Virus record (IMG/VR): IMGVR_UViG_3300042471_000812
Direction: 5' to 3' (one strand)
Origin: an uncultured virus (IMG/VR IMGVR_UViG_3300042471_000812)
Taxonomy: Duplodnaviria > Heunggongvirae > Uroviricota > Caudoviricetes
Length of the DNA: 64,000 bases
Below the pieces are notes generated by a model that saw only the letters and a program-made list of their open reading frames with translations, did not search any database and was not told the origin of the DNA. Position 1 is the first letter of the stretch. Each line of letters opens with the position of its first letter. Positions 38,672-48,549 of this stretch are shown here, piece by piece. The position numbers were made by a program, and so were the translations under genes.

Positions 38672-39520
38672 ATGAAACAGCCAGCTGTTATTTTCAAAAC
38701 GGCCAATCCAAATGGAGGCCAGCATTATCCTGGGGTGTATTACTCTGAGGACAAGCGAATGTTTGTTTATTTATTGGGCAGGGGAACGGTAACGGAGACA
38801 AAGACCGAGACTACTGACCCTGGCATTTTGAACTCTTTGTTTCGTGCCACGTTAGACCGGAACCAGCCAATTTTAGCGGGTTCTCAGTTGCCTTATCAAT
38901 TTGAGGATTTCAGTGAGGTATTGGAAAACAAGGAGGCGTTATCCTTTTTCAAGGCTTTAGCCCAAGACCCGTTGGTTCAGTGTGATGCTGACATATTGGT
39001 TGGAGGGTTGAAGAAGAAGTATTCTCCGAGGTTTATCTTAGAGATTCCCTCGCTGTATGTTAGCCGGAAGGCAACTGACACTAAGACTAAGGCCACGATA
39101 TTAGCTTCCTTTGTTGTTTTGACTGAGGATGAAAAGCGCGAGGTATGTTGGTACTTTGAGGTTGACCCAAGGGAAATGAGTGATGATGATATGCTAGTTG
39201 AGATGGCCGGGGATGGTGGAAAGTTGTATGGTGAGGAGAATGCGAAGCGTTACATCAGCAAGTTTGTAGAGACAGCTTCTTTGGGTGATGCTTACACTGC
39301 GAGGGTTATTGCCATTAAGAAGGCGATGATTATGTCTCAGTCTGACCAGGAGCCATTGGATTATCGTGAGGGCAACTATTATCATGGGGAGACTTATGTA
39401 GGCAAGGATGTTGACACTATTTTGGCATTCTTTGATGAGAACAAGCGTTTGTTTGATTCATTGATTGGCGGATTGGTGAGCAGCGCCGAAGAGAAAAAAA
39501 CAAGAGGAAAGGCGAAGTAG
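38672..39520 (+). CDS. Hypothetical protein
   Basis: 282-aa ORF with its own promoter (38633) and terminator (39527-39559). Confidence 0.7.
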   Translation: MKQPAVIFKTANPNGGQHYPGVYYSEDKRMFVYLLGRGTVTETKTETTDPGILNSLFRATLDRNQPILAGSQLPYQFEDFSEVLENKEALSFFKALAQDPLVQCDADILVGGLKKKYSPRFILEIPSLYVSRKATDTKTKATILASFVVLTEDEKREVCWYFEVDPREMSDDDMLVEMAGDGGKLYGEENAKRYISKFVETASLGDAYTARVIAIKKAMIMSQSDQEPLDYREGNYYHGETYVGKDVDTILAFFDENKRLFDSLIGGLVSSAEEKKTRGKAK

Positions 39521-39526
39521 GAGATA

Positions 39527-39559
39527 GGGCCTCGGCAATAGTGCCGGGGCCTTTTTTTT
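39527..39559 (+). terminator. Intrinsic terminator
   Basis: GGCCTCGGCA-ATAG-TGCCGGGGCC followed by TTTTTTTT. Confidence 0.85.
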
Positions 39560-39572
39560 AACCCTAAAGGAA

Positions 39573-39899
39573 ATGACACAGGATTTATTTATAGAGACAA
39601 TTTTAGCTTTAAAGAAGCAAGTCCGGCACGACACCAAGTTTGCTAGGAAGATAAGCAAGTTGTTTACTGACTGCCAGATGATTGGTTACAACAATGATGT
39701 TTTAATTGAGCAGATGGTAAAGGTATTGGCTGAGCTTACTGGGGACAAGAGTGATTGGATTGGGTATTATGTTTGGGAGCTTAGCTTTGGTGATGATTGG
39801 CTGGAGGGTGCTGTAATGTTTGGGGGTAAGGACATAAAGCTCCAAACGCCCACAGACTTGTGGAATTTGTTGCAAATGGGAAAAGGGGTAAAGCCATGA
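39573..39899 (+). CDS. Hypothetical protein
   Basis: DWIGYYVWELSFG...LWNLL, a common phage small-protein pattern. Confidence 0.65.
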   Translation: MTQDLFIETILALKKQVRHDTKFARKISKLFTDCQMIGYNNDVLIEQMVKVLAELTGDKSDWIGYYVWELSFGDDWLEGAVMFGGKDIKLQTPTDLWNLLQMGKGVKP

Positions 39900-40016
39900 C
39901 CAATAAACCATTCATTAACCCTATTTTGTACCTTTAATGACGCAAAAATGATGCAAATATGATTATGAAAGAAGAACAAAAACAAAGAATTAAGCATAAA
40001 ACAACAAATATAAAAT

Positions 40017-40289
40017 ATGGAAACGGAAACTAAATTATCAGACTACACTCGCAGCTTGCGCCAAACTGCTGTTATGCCTTGTTTTTTTATCGGACAGGAA
40101 GTCAAAACAGAACATGGTATTGGTATTATAGTAGCTATTGAAATGCCACACAACGGACTTTATTTGCAACCCGAAAGAGCCGAAGCAGTTGTTTGGTACA
40201 GCACAGAAAGAGCGTTTGAAGAAGGTATTAAGTGGGTTAGCTTCACTTATAAATTGTCAGAATTGTCGGCTGTTGAAAATGAGGCATAA
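40017..40289 (+). CDS. Hypothetical protein reading through a cassette core site
   Basis: LRQTAVMPCF is encoded across GTTATGCCT; stop lies inside the complementary AGGCATAAC. Confidence 0.6.
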   Translation: METETKLSDYTRSLRQTAVMPCFFIGQEVKTEHGIGIIVAIEMPHNGLYLQPERAEAVVWYSTERAFEEGIKWVSFTYKLSELSAVENEA

Positions 40290-40319
40290 CTATCGTATAG
40301 GCGAAATAAACGAGATATT

Positions 40320-40556
40320 ATGAGCCAACTAATTCTAAAATTTAACCTTCCCGAAGAAGAAACCGAGGCCAACTTTGCATTAAAGGGTGGGGAATACTTC
40401 TTGGTCCTGCATGACCTTTGCCAAAAGCTGAGGGATATTACCAAGTACGGGAATAACCCCTTTATCGGCAGAACAGCAAGCGAGCAAGAGGTTCTACTTG
40501 CGGAGCAGATACGGGAGTATCTTTCTGAGCAAAACATTGATGAGTTGTTGCGATAG
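40320..40556 (+). CDS. Hypothetical protein
   Basis: LKFNLPEE motif ORF. Confidence 0.6.
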   Translation: MSQLILKFNLPEEETEANFALKGGEYFLVLHDLCQKLRDITKYGNNPFIGRTASEQEVLLAEQIREYLSEQNIDELLR

Positions 40557-40574
40557 CCCAAAAACGCCGAAAAG

Positions 40575-40880
40575 ATGAAGCACATAGAAACAAAATCTGA
40601 ACTAGAAGAGTTCTTAACCAACCCCTCCGCCTTTTTAGTTATTGGAGCTACATGGTGTGGCCCATGCATGCTTATGGGTCCAGCCCTAGAAAAGTATTCT
40701 GAGGGGAGGAATGTAGCCAAGATAAACATTGACAAGTGCGACAGCGACCTCGCCGAAGAGATTAAGGGTAAGTATCGTATAATGGGAGTACCAAAGTCTA
40801 TGCAATTTGAGAATGGGGAGCTTGTAAAGGACACTGTTGGCAAGCTTAGTCTGCAAGATATGGAGAGCATGTTTGGGTAA
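40575..40880 (+). CDS. Thioredoxin
   Basis: ATWCGPC active site. Confidence 0.9.
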   Translation: MKHIETKSELEEFLTNPSAFLVIGATWCGPCMLMGPALEKYSEGRNVAKINIDKCDSDLAEEIKGKYRIMGVPKSMQFENGELVKDTVGKLSLQDMESMFG

Positions 40881-40916
40881 TTATCCAAATTCTTTTTTTG
40901 TATCTTTGTCTCTACT

Positions 40917-42026
40917 ATGCCAACAACCGGATTAGAATTATCAAGGGAGTTAGACTTGCAGATTGACAAGGATTACTCCGGCTATTTAAGCCCTGCCAAG
41001 AAGAATAGGCTATTTTTAATGGCTTATATCAATTTGGCCGAAAAGAAATACAATGGTTTAGACCGGCAGCAAGTATATGATGAGCTTACTCACTTCTTAA
41101 AAGTTGACAAGGAGTATGAGATAAGGAATGGAAAGATATATACATCTCCGCTGCAAATTTCAGTTCTAACCTATGCGCCCGGCACATCTACCATTACGAC
41201 AGTGTTGGATCATGGTTTGCTAGCTGGAGATGTTATTCAGATTAACAATGTTCAAGGGGTTCTTGGTATTTCGGGGAACTTCACCATTCAGCAGGTATTA
41301 ACCCCCAAGCAGTTTACCGTTTCCCAGCAGACATTTTCTGGGGTGTATGTTCCCAATACTGGGAATGTTACCTCGGACAAGATTATTTTTGATTACCACC
41401 ACTTACTGACTGTTGAGTGTATTTATGTTCGGCAGTACATTAAGAACAACATTGTAGATGCCACCAATGCTACTCCGATAGTTATTAAGGTTGAGGGTAG
41501 GACAGATTTACGGAGTGGGGAGAAGGTAACGATTACTGGTGTTACCGGCAACTTAACGGCGAATGGAATTTACTATTTGAAGAGGTTGTATGCTTATGAG
41601 GGGTACAGTAAGTATTCGTTGTATCAGGACAAGGATTTAACGATTCCTGTTGCTGGCTTCGGGCCGTACAATAGTGGTGGGGAGATTAAGAAGGAGTTTG
41701 ACAACTATGCTGTTCAGCGTATTTCCGACCAGAAGATTAGTATTTTCAGTGATGCTACTGTTGAGTTCCCTAAGTTTCAAGTGAGTGAGGGGTATTTGGT
41801 TTTCGAGCCGGCGCCGAACAAGATAAGAATTGACTACATGACTGAGGGGCAGGTATCTCCCACACCAAGGATAGACGTGAATGATGATGCCACAGACTTA
41901 GAGTTGTACTACAACAAGAAGTTTTTGGTACGGCTAGTGAACGAAGCTGCCGACCTATTCAGTTTACAACAAAGGGATTTAAGCCAGTATCAGGCCCAAA
42001 CCCAAGAAACCATTGAGAATCCATGA
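40917..42026 (+). CDS. Tail ring/adaptor protein with inserted beta-repeat domains
   Basis: First gene of the tail module; HGLLAGDV / DLRSGEKV repeats. Confidence 0.55.
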   Translation: MPTTGLELSRELDLQIDKDYSGYLSPAKKNRLFLMAYINLAEKKYNGLDRQQVYDELTHFLKVDKEYEIRNGKIYTSPLQISVLTYAPGTSTITTVLDHGLLAGDVIQINNVQGVLGISGNFTIQQVLTPKQFTVSQQTFSGVYVPNTGNVTSDKIIFDYHHLLTVECIYVRQYIKNNIVDATNATPIVIKVEGRTDLRSGEKVTITGVTGNLTANGIYYLKRLYAYEGYSKYSLYQDKDLTIPVAGFGPYNSGGEIKKEFDNYAVQRISDQKISIFSDATVEFPKFQVSEGYLVFEPAPNKIRIDYMTEGQVSPTPRIDVNDDATDLELYYNKKFLVRLVNEAADLFSLQQRDLSQYQAQTQETIENP

Positions 42027-42673
42027 AGCGTAGCGACATATTAGATAGATTGTCTGTGTATAAGGGTGGTGGGGTATCGACCGATGAGGCTGTACCTTCC
42101 TACCAGTATTACCTTTCTCGATTACATTCTATGCGTGAATTTGCTTTGCGGGAGGAGTTTCGGCGTGATGGGGTTATCAACCCAGCGAATTACCAGAACC
42201 ATTGGTTGGAGTATGATGAGGAGTTGAACCAAGATGATTGCCGGTTTTACCTTTTCCGCTGCCCAAGGATTTTGCAATTAACCAATAGGGATAGTGGCTT
42301 TGGGTATGTTGGGAGTGAAGATGGCATGAGCCAGTACAATTTATTTACAAGTCCAGAGCGTTTTGCTGTTGCCCAGGGGCATAGGTTTACGAAGTTGGGC
42401 AACAAGATTTCTGCTGCGTATGATTGGGAGGAGGAAATGATGAAGTTAAACCAGCCGGTTAAGAGGGGTTTGGTTCGGGCGGTGTTTTTAAGGCCGGAAG
42501 ATGTACCTACGTTCAATGTTGATATTGATGATTATCCTTTTAGTGCGAAGGGCTTGGAGATACTTGAAGAAGCGATTTCCAAGGGCACTATAAACTATAT
42601 CCTTCGGGTTCCACAGGACAAGGTATCGAATGGCAATACCGACGCGGATTTGTTAAAAACGCCGAATAGATGA
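42023..42673 (+). CDS. Tail ring protein
   Basis: Position; VRAVF..PE...DDYP motif as in crAss-like ring proteins. Confidence 0.55.
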   Translation: MKRSDILDRLSVYKGGGVSTDEAVPSYQYYLSRLHSMREFALREEFRRDGVINPANYQNHWLEYDEELNQDDCRFYLFRCPRILQLTNRDSGFGYVGSEDGMSQYNLFTSPERFAVAQGHRFTKLGNKISAAYDWEEEMMKLNQPVKRGLVRAVFLRPEDVPTFNVDIDDYPFSAKGLEILEEAISKGTINYILRVPQDKVSNGNTDADLLKTPNR

Positions 42674-43338
42674 GATACACAACGATACCCATATCCAACG
42701 CCATATCAAGGGCGAAGATGGAATTAAACTTGGAGCATACTCAGGAGTATGACCCTTACCTATTGATACTAGCCAACGATGCGTTAATGCACATAGGCAG
42801 TGTTGACCAGATAAGTGAGCATAGTGCTGTGTATGACATTGTGGACAACAAGGTAGCGTTACCTGCTGGCCTTGTTTCGCTTGTTGCGTTTATTTTTGTA
42901 GATGATGATGGTTGCCCTACAAGTTCTGGCTATGTTGATGAGACCAAGATATTAAGGGGTCCTGTTGGCGGTTTTTTTGACTTTGGGTATAGTATCCAGG
43001 CGAATGATGGTGGGCAGATTGTGTTTGATTGTTCTATTGATTTACCAACGGAGAAGGTAAGACTTTTCTGGGAGGGTAGGTTAGTGGATAAGTATGGTGT
43101 GAGTTTAATGCACGAGATGGAGGAGCGTGGTGTTTCGGCGTATATTTGTTACAAGTTTGCTCGGAGGTTCCCCACGCTGTATGATAGGGGAATGATTGGA
43201 GATTTCAAGAAGGAGTGGGAGAATCAGAAGAGATTTTTGAGGGCTGATGCTGTGGTGAATAGTTATCGTCAGAATAGGGGTAAGATACAGGATTTGTGGA
43301 ATGCGTATGTTGTTTACAAGCCTTTTGGAAATAGTTAA
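42670..43338 (+). CDS. Tail ring/tubular protein
   Basis: Position; LP..L, AYI.YK...W pattern. Confidence 0.55.
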   Translation: MRYTTIPISNAISRAKMELNLEHTQEYDPYLLILANDALMHIGSVDQISEHSAVYDIVDNKVALPAGLVSLVAFIFVDDDGCPTSSGYVDETKILRGPVGGFFDFGYSIQANDGGQIVFDCSIDLPTEKVRLFWEGRLVDKYGVSLMHEMEERGVSAYICYKFARRFPTLYDRGMIGDFKKEWENQKRFLRADAVVNSYRQNRGKIQDLWNAYVVYKPFGNS

Positions 43339-43341
43339 GAT

Positions 43342-46300
43342 ATGGCGAATATATTACCTGTGCAGAATAACATTAAGGGCACGTTAGATTTAGATAGCGA
43401 GTTTGGGGAGGTGCGTTCCGGGAATTATGTAGGCGCCGAAAACGTACAATTTATTAGCAAGGAGGGTAACGAGAGTATTCCCAAGCAACCTTTCATAGGC
43501 AATAAGTTATTATTTGACAAGGGGAGTGTAGAGGTACAGAACAAGCGGTTTCGGCTTTTCTTTGATTTGGGCGATACGTTCACTTTTCAAGTGTTTTCCG
43601 CCAACAATTCCCAGCAGATAAGTAGTTTGTTCAGCGTTCCTTCCAACGCATCTTATGCGGCGTATAGGAGTGCTATTCAAGGCTTTTTAACGAGCGCTGG
43701 CCTTTCTTCTACTATCACGATAGGCTCTGACCATTTGAACGTGGAGATAACCTCTGTGGCAACGTATGACTATCAGTTTAGGGTAAGTGGTGTGAGGGTT
43801 ATTGTTACCCAGGAGAGCATTGCCAACAACTTCACTGGCTTTTTGAAAGACATTGGGAGTTTTGATTTGAATGGCGATTTGTTTTTATTTTCAACCCCTC
43901 AGGAAGAGTTGCCTGAGGAGTTGGGTATTGTGAGCGTAAGTTCTCTCGGAGTGGTAACTACTTTGTTGCCACATGGCTTAGTTTCTGGCAATGAGGTTCG
44001 GCTTGCCGGCAATGGGACCAACGATGGTATTTTGTTGGTTCAGGTTGTGCTTACTCCCACTTCATTCACTTACCATTACCCTGCTGGTGTTACTGGCACT
44101 GGGGGTATATTGACAAAGAATTACACTGGTGTAGGGGAGATTGGGGTTGCCCAATTTAATGAGCAGGCCGAAACGGGAACTTACACAAGATTGTTGAGGA
44201 GTAAAGAGTTCGGCTTTAACACGCTGCACCAGATAGACTGCGATGGGGAGATTAACCCATTAGGTAAGTCGCTTTATTTTAATCAGTACAAGTACAACCC
44301 ACCTAGGGTATTTTATTATTCTGGGGCGTATGTAACTGATGGGGCTTTGACTTATGTTATCCCTGAGAATCGATATGAGTATGGCACTATTGACTTGGAG
44401 ACAAGGACAATCTTGAACATACAAACTGCAAAGTTAGATTTGGTAAGTGTGAGCGAGGGCGGTAATTTGAAGGCTGGGAATAAGCAGTATTTCATTAGGT
44501 TTCTAACTTCCGAAGATGCGTTGTCGGGCACTGATTATCATGCGTTTACTGGCAACGTGAATATATATAAGGCGTTTGCCACTGGCGATCCAAACAAGAT
44601 TGCTGGCAATGTTTCCGGCACGATTACTTCCAAGAAGGTTACGTTGAGGGTTGAGAATGCCCAGCCGGCTTTGTTTGGATTTCTGGAGTTGTGTGTTGCC
44701 GAGTGGTTTGGGGATTCAGTAACTTTTTCCACTGTTCGCAGGGAGGAGTTTACTGAGGAGACATTTGAGATTGAGCATACTGGTTTTGAGGTTGCCACGC
44801 CACTTTCCACTGAGGAGGTGTTGCGGTTAAACTCATTGATTAAGAACATTGGCGGCCAGCGTATTGTTGACAATCGGTTGGTGATGCATGACATTACTTA
44901 CGAAGAGCGCAAGGATTTTAGGGCTTGGGCCGAAAGGATTAACCACACAATTATCAAGGAAGAGATTACCGGTAATGGATTTGTAGCTTCGGGAAAGGTG
45001 TATGGAGGTTATCAGAACCCTCAGAACACGTTTAGGACTGTTGGCTACAAGTGGTTTGAAACGTACAGGTTTGGCATTAGGTTGTATTTGAAGGAGGGTG
45101 GTGTTACCGAAACCTTTTGGATTGATGATATAAAGTTTGATATTACTCCCACGAATGTAACCACGCCGAATAGAAGAGTAGGCACACCTCCCCCCAACTA
45201 TGAGTTAAACGTACAAGCATTAGACGACAACTTCTTTGTTCCTGGGGTAGATTTTAGCAACATAGATTTCGACTATTTAATTGATGGCAGAAGGTTGAGG
45301 GATATTGTCGGCAAGGTTGAGTTTATGAGGGTGGAGCTTGGGGATAATACCAAGGAGGTTTTGGTTAATGGCATGGGGATAATTGGTATGTCTGGTCATT
45401 TTAATTCTAACTCGAAAATAATTGGAAATGTAAGGAACGGATACCCAAATGTAAATCAAACGACAACTCCAAATTATGGAGTAAGGTATCCTTTTCCGTT
45501 TTTTTCAGGGCAAGGTTCTTTTGGACTTTTGGGAACTGGTAATGTTGGAACACTTCCTTTTAACGTAGCATATCAACCTACAAGTGCTTTTTACGGATTT
45601 AGGTATATGTATGCAACAAATGGAATGGATAGTTCCGACCAGTATGCATATCAGCAAAACTATAAGCCAAGGGATTCTATTTTTATTGTTTCTAACGATG
45701 TTGTTTTTGGTAAGGATACTATTGAGTTTCAGCCTGGAGACCAAATAATAAACTTTGGAAGGCCATTGGCAGAAGCTGGCGCTCCATTTCCGGGAACAAC
45801 AATAAATCTTTTTAATTTCATAAGAGATTTCAGGTTGTTGAATTTGGGTGTTAATGGTACTCCAAACCCATATTTTCACAACATACAAGATGCAAAATTG
45901 TTGCCTAGGGATTCATTAGAGATTATGTTGACAAGCGGTATAAATTGCCACTATGTTTCAAGTGCTAAATCTTCTGACAATGGAGTTCTGCCTCAAGATG
46001 TTGCAGAAAGAACATACGCATTTGAGTCTAGCATCGCTGTTTCGTTGGCAGATTTACTTTTACCCGGAAGTTGGTCTCGCGGGCCAAACGATCCGCTTTA
46101 TCCAGATGCAAATTACACCAACACTAACGAGGGCGTTTATTGGGTGAGTTATTATCGACCAAGGATATACACTACGCCAGACGCTTCAAAGTTTGGGGAT
46201 AGGGAGAGTTCGCAGTACATTTCTACTGGCATAAGCCAGATTGTCAATGACAATGTTCCTTCCTTATTTAACCTAAAGGTTTTTGGTGGGGACACGTTTA

Positions 46301-47862
46301 TTGGCAGAACTCAGTTGAAATTCTGGAATCACTTGACAGAAACGCTTGGTATTGATTATACCGATGAAACTTATGCTATGTCGTTTGTTGCTCAAAGTAC
46401 GGTAAGCCCAGAAATGCGTACTGATATAGGCCAAATTGCTCCAGCTTCTTTCCCTGCCACGCCAACCAATGACTATAAGACATGGCTAACAAACTTGACT
46501 TTAGATTCTACGGAGTATGATACTAGCTATAATTTCCACGCGGTAGGTAATTCAAACGCATACAATGAAACAAGAACTTTCGTTGAGGAGTTCCCCTCTC
46601 GCGTAATATGGAGCGACTTAAAGCCTGATGGTAGTTTCTTTGATTCATACAGGTTTTTCCCTCCCGGCCAGTTCAATGATTATTCAAGGAATTACGGTCC
46701 GGTGGTACACATAGAAACTATTGATGATGAGTTTTTTGTAATGCAGCACAGGAATTTCAGCAGGGAGTATTTCAACACTACCGGCACGATAAGCTCTGAC
46801 ACCGATGAGTTGGTGATATTGGGTAATGCTGGTGTTCTTGCTCGCAAGGGTGCTACCATTACCTCTTATGGTTCGCTTCACAAGTGGTCTTGCGTTAAGG
46901 GGCGTAGTGCTTCTGGCCGAGATGTGTTGTATTGGTTCAATGCTGAGAATGGTTTATTCTTAAAGTATGGCGGAAGGGGTGCAGAGCCATTAAGTATGGC
47001 GAAGGGGTTAAACCAGTGGTTCAATGAGAACAGCAAATTTGTTTACAGCCACAACACTCCGGCAGCAGGCAGGGGGATATGTGGTGGTTGGAACGAGCGT
47101 TTCCAAGAGTTGCGTTATACCTTTAGGGGTTACAAGAATAGCCCTGAGTGGGGTGTAGGTAATACTTACGATAAGGGTGATGTGGTTATTTATGGCGGTA
47201 ATGGGTTTGTTCCTGTGCAGTTGTATTTGTCTAGGGTTGACCATATTAGTTCTCCTGCGAACATTCCTGGGGGAAACACTGTAACGTGGGAGGCTATTTC
47301 CGAAAAAGATTCACGTTATTACAATGTATTTACATTGGTGTATAATGAGATGAAAGATGGCTTTACGAGTTTCTTATCTCCGAAGCCGTTGATATATCAT
47401 CGTTGGAGGAATAATTTATTGACACAGCGTTATGGTGAGTGGAGTCAGTATCCAAATTACTTAGAGAATTTCGGTGATTACAACACTTGGTATTCTTCTG
47501 AGGAAGGGGAGTTGGCCGAAGATGGTTTTGTCATTCCGGTTATCAATTACAATAGCGATGTGATTAAGAAGTTTTCGGCGTTGTATGTTGATAGTGAGGT
47601 TGCTCCTGACAGGGTTGAGTTTTTCACTCCTGAGCATGAGAGTTTTTTGGTGTTGAGTGATTTTGAGAGTAGGGAAGGTATGTGGGTAAGCACTATTAAA
47701 AACGATATTTTAACCGCGCCGAATGGCATAAACGATGGGGATACTAGCAGGCTGTTTGGTCGGTACTTACTGGTCAAGGTTTTCTTTTCTCCCAAAAAAT
47801 TCCAATCTTTGCGTAACATAAGAGTGCGCTTACAATTTAATTCACGATATTTACAAACATAG
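43342..47862 (+). CDS. Tail stabilisation / muzzle protein
   Basis: 1506 aa; GYKWFETYRFGI, FGGDTFI, RVIWSD, SFLSPKP motifs. Confidence 0.7.
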   Translation: MANILPVQNNIKGTLDLDSEFGEVRSGNYVGAENVQFISKEGNESIPKQPFIGNKLLFDKGSVEVQNKRFRLFFDLGDTFTFQVFSANNSQQISSLFSVPSNASYAAYRSAIQGFLTSAGLSSTITIGSDHLNVEITSVATYDYQFRVSGVRVIVTQESIANNFTGFLKDIGSFDLNGDLFLFSTPQEELPEELGIVSVSSLGVVTTLLPHGLVSGNEVRLAGNGTNDGILLVQVVLTPTSFTYHYPAGVTGTGGILTKNYTGVGEIGVAQFNEQAETGTYTRLLRSKEFGFNTLHQIDCDGEINPLGKSLYFNQYKYNPPRVFYYSGAYVTDGALTYVIPENRYEYGTIDLETRTILNIQTAKLDLVSVSEGGNLKAGNKQYFIRFLTSEDALSGTDYHAFTGNVNIYKAFATGDPNKIAGNVSGTITSKKVTLRVENAQPALFGFLELCVAEWFGDSVTFSTVRREEFTEETFEIEHTGFEVATPLSTEEVLRLNSLIKNIGGQRIVDNRLVMHDITYEERKDFRAWAERINHTIIKEEITGNGFVASGKVYGGYQNPQNTFRTVGYKWFETYRFGIRLYLKEGGVTETFWIDDIKFDITPTNVTTPNRRVGTPPPNYELNVQALDDNFFVPGVDFSNIDFDYLIDGRRLRDIVGKVEFMRVELGDNTKEVLVNGMGIIGMSGHFNSNSKIIGNVRNGYPNVNQTTTPNYGVRYPFPFFSGQGSFGLLGTGNVGTLPFNVAYQPTSAFYGFRYMYATNGMDSSDQYAYQQNYKPRDSIFIVSNDVVFGKDTIEFQPGDQIINFGRPLAEAGAPFPGTTINLFNFIRDFRLLNLGVNGTPNPYFHNIQDAKLLPRDSLEIMLTSGINCHYVSSAKSSDNGVLPQDVAERTYAFESSIAVSLADLLLPGSWSRGPNDPLYPDANYTNTNEGVYWVSYYRPRIYTTPDASKFGDRESSQYISTGISQIVNDNVPSLFNLKVFGGDTFIGRTQLKFWNHLTETLGIDYTDETYAMSFVAQSTVSPEMRTDIGQIAPASFPATPTNDYKTWLTNLTLDSTEYDTSYNFHAVGNSNAYNETRTFVEEFPSRVIWSDLKPDGSFFDSYRFFPPGQFNDYSRNYGPVVHIETIDDEFFVMQHRNFSREYFNTTGTISSDTDELVILGNAGVLARKGATITSYGSLHKWSCVKGRSASGRDVLYWFNAENGLFLKYGGRGAEPLSMAKGLNQWFNENSKFVYSHNTPAAGRGICGGWNERFQELRYTFRGYKNSPEWGVGNTYDKGDVVIYGGNGFVPVQLYLSRVDHISSPANIPGGNTVTWEAISEKDSRYYNVFTLVYNEMKDGFTSFLSPKPLIYHRWRNNLLTQRYGEWSQYPNYLENFGDYNTWYSSEEGELAEDGFVIPVINYNSDVIKKFSALYVDSEVAPDRVEFFTPEHESFLVLSDFESREGMWVSTIKNDILTAPNGINDGDTSRLFGRYLLVKVFFSPKKFQSLRNIRVRLQFNSRYLQT

Positions 47863-47866
47863 TATT

Positions 47867-48523
47867 ATGCCAGCACCATTAGCAATAGGTTCATTAGTTT
47901 TAGGTGGTATCCAGACCATAGGTGGTTTGGCTGCTGCGCTTTCGATGGGTAGGCGCCCAAGGTTTGCCGAGGACCCACGATTTGCCCAGGCGGCAGGTCG
48001 CGCCGAATACATGGCTGGAATGGGGTATATGCCTCAGGAGCGTGCCGCGTTTCAAGGCGATATAGCTTCTCAGACCGCTGGGGATTATCGTAGGGGGATT
48101 GATATGTCTGGTGGCAATATGGCGAGGGCGTTGGGGGGTATAAGCACTGCTAGGACGATGGGTGCGTATAACCGGTTTGCCGCTCAGGACGCCGCGTTGC
48201 GTAGGCAGAACATTCAGTATTCCGACCAGTTTTCAAGGGAAAGGCAGCGTAGAGCTGATATGCAAACGCAGGCGGATATGGCACAGTATGACAGAGAGCA
48301 ACAGGCAACAGGGCAGGCTATTAGTTCGGGTTTGACAGGTATGGCTGGTGCGGCGAACTTTAGCCAAGCGATGAATTTTTATGGCAAGCAGGGTATGAGT
48401 GGGGCTAGTGGTGGTGGTGGACTTGATTTCCTTGGTGGAAAAACTAGCGCACCTAACTTTGGGGGAGTTGGCTTTCAGAAAATTTATAGTGGAGGTTTCC
48501 CTTTGAAATTCCCCGCCGAATAA
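47867..48523 (+). CDS. Probable ejection/pilot protein
   Basis: Gly/Ala/Gln-rich with hydrophobic N-terminus, follows the muzzle gene. Confidence 0.55.
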   Translation: MPAPLAIGSLVLGGIQTIGGLAAALSMGRRPRFAEDPRFAQAAGRAEYMAGMGYMPQERAAFQGDIASQTAGDYRRGIDMSGGNMARALGGISTARTMGAYNRFAAQDAALRRQNIQYSDQFSRERQRRADMQTQADMAQYDREQQATGQAISSGLTGMAGAANFSQAMNFYGKQGMSGASGGGGLDFLGGKTSAPNFGGVGFQKIYSGGFPLKFPAE

Positions 48524-48549
48524 CAAAACGCGCCGAAAAGCAATAATCA

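Noticed and set aside
40247..40969. 240-aa minus-strand ORF
   Set aside because: Overlaps thioredoxin and neighbouring plus-strand genes that have clear motifs.
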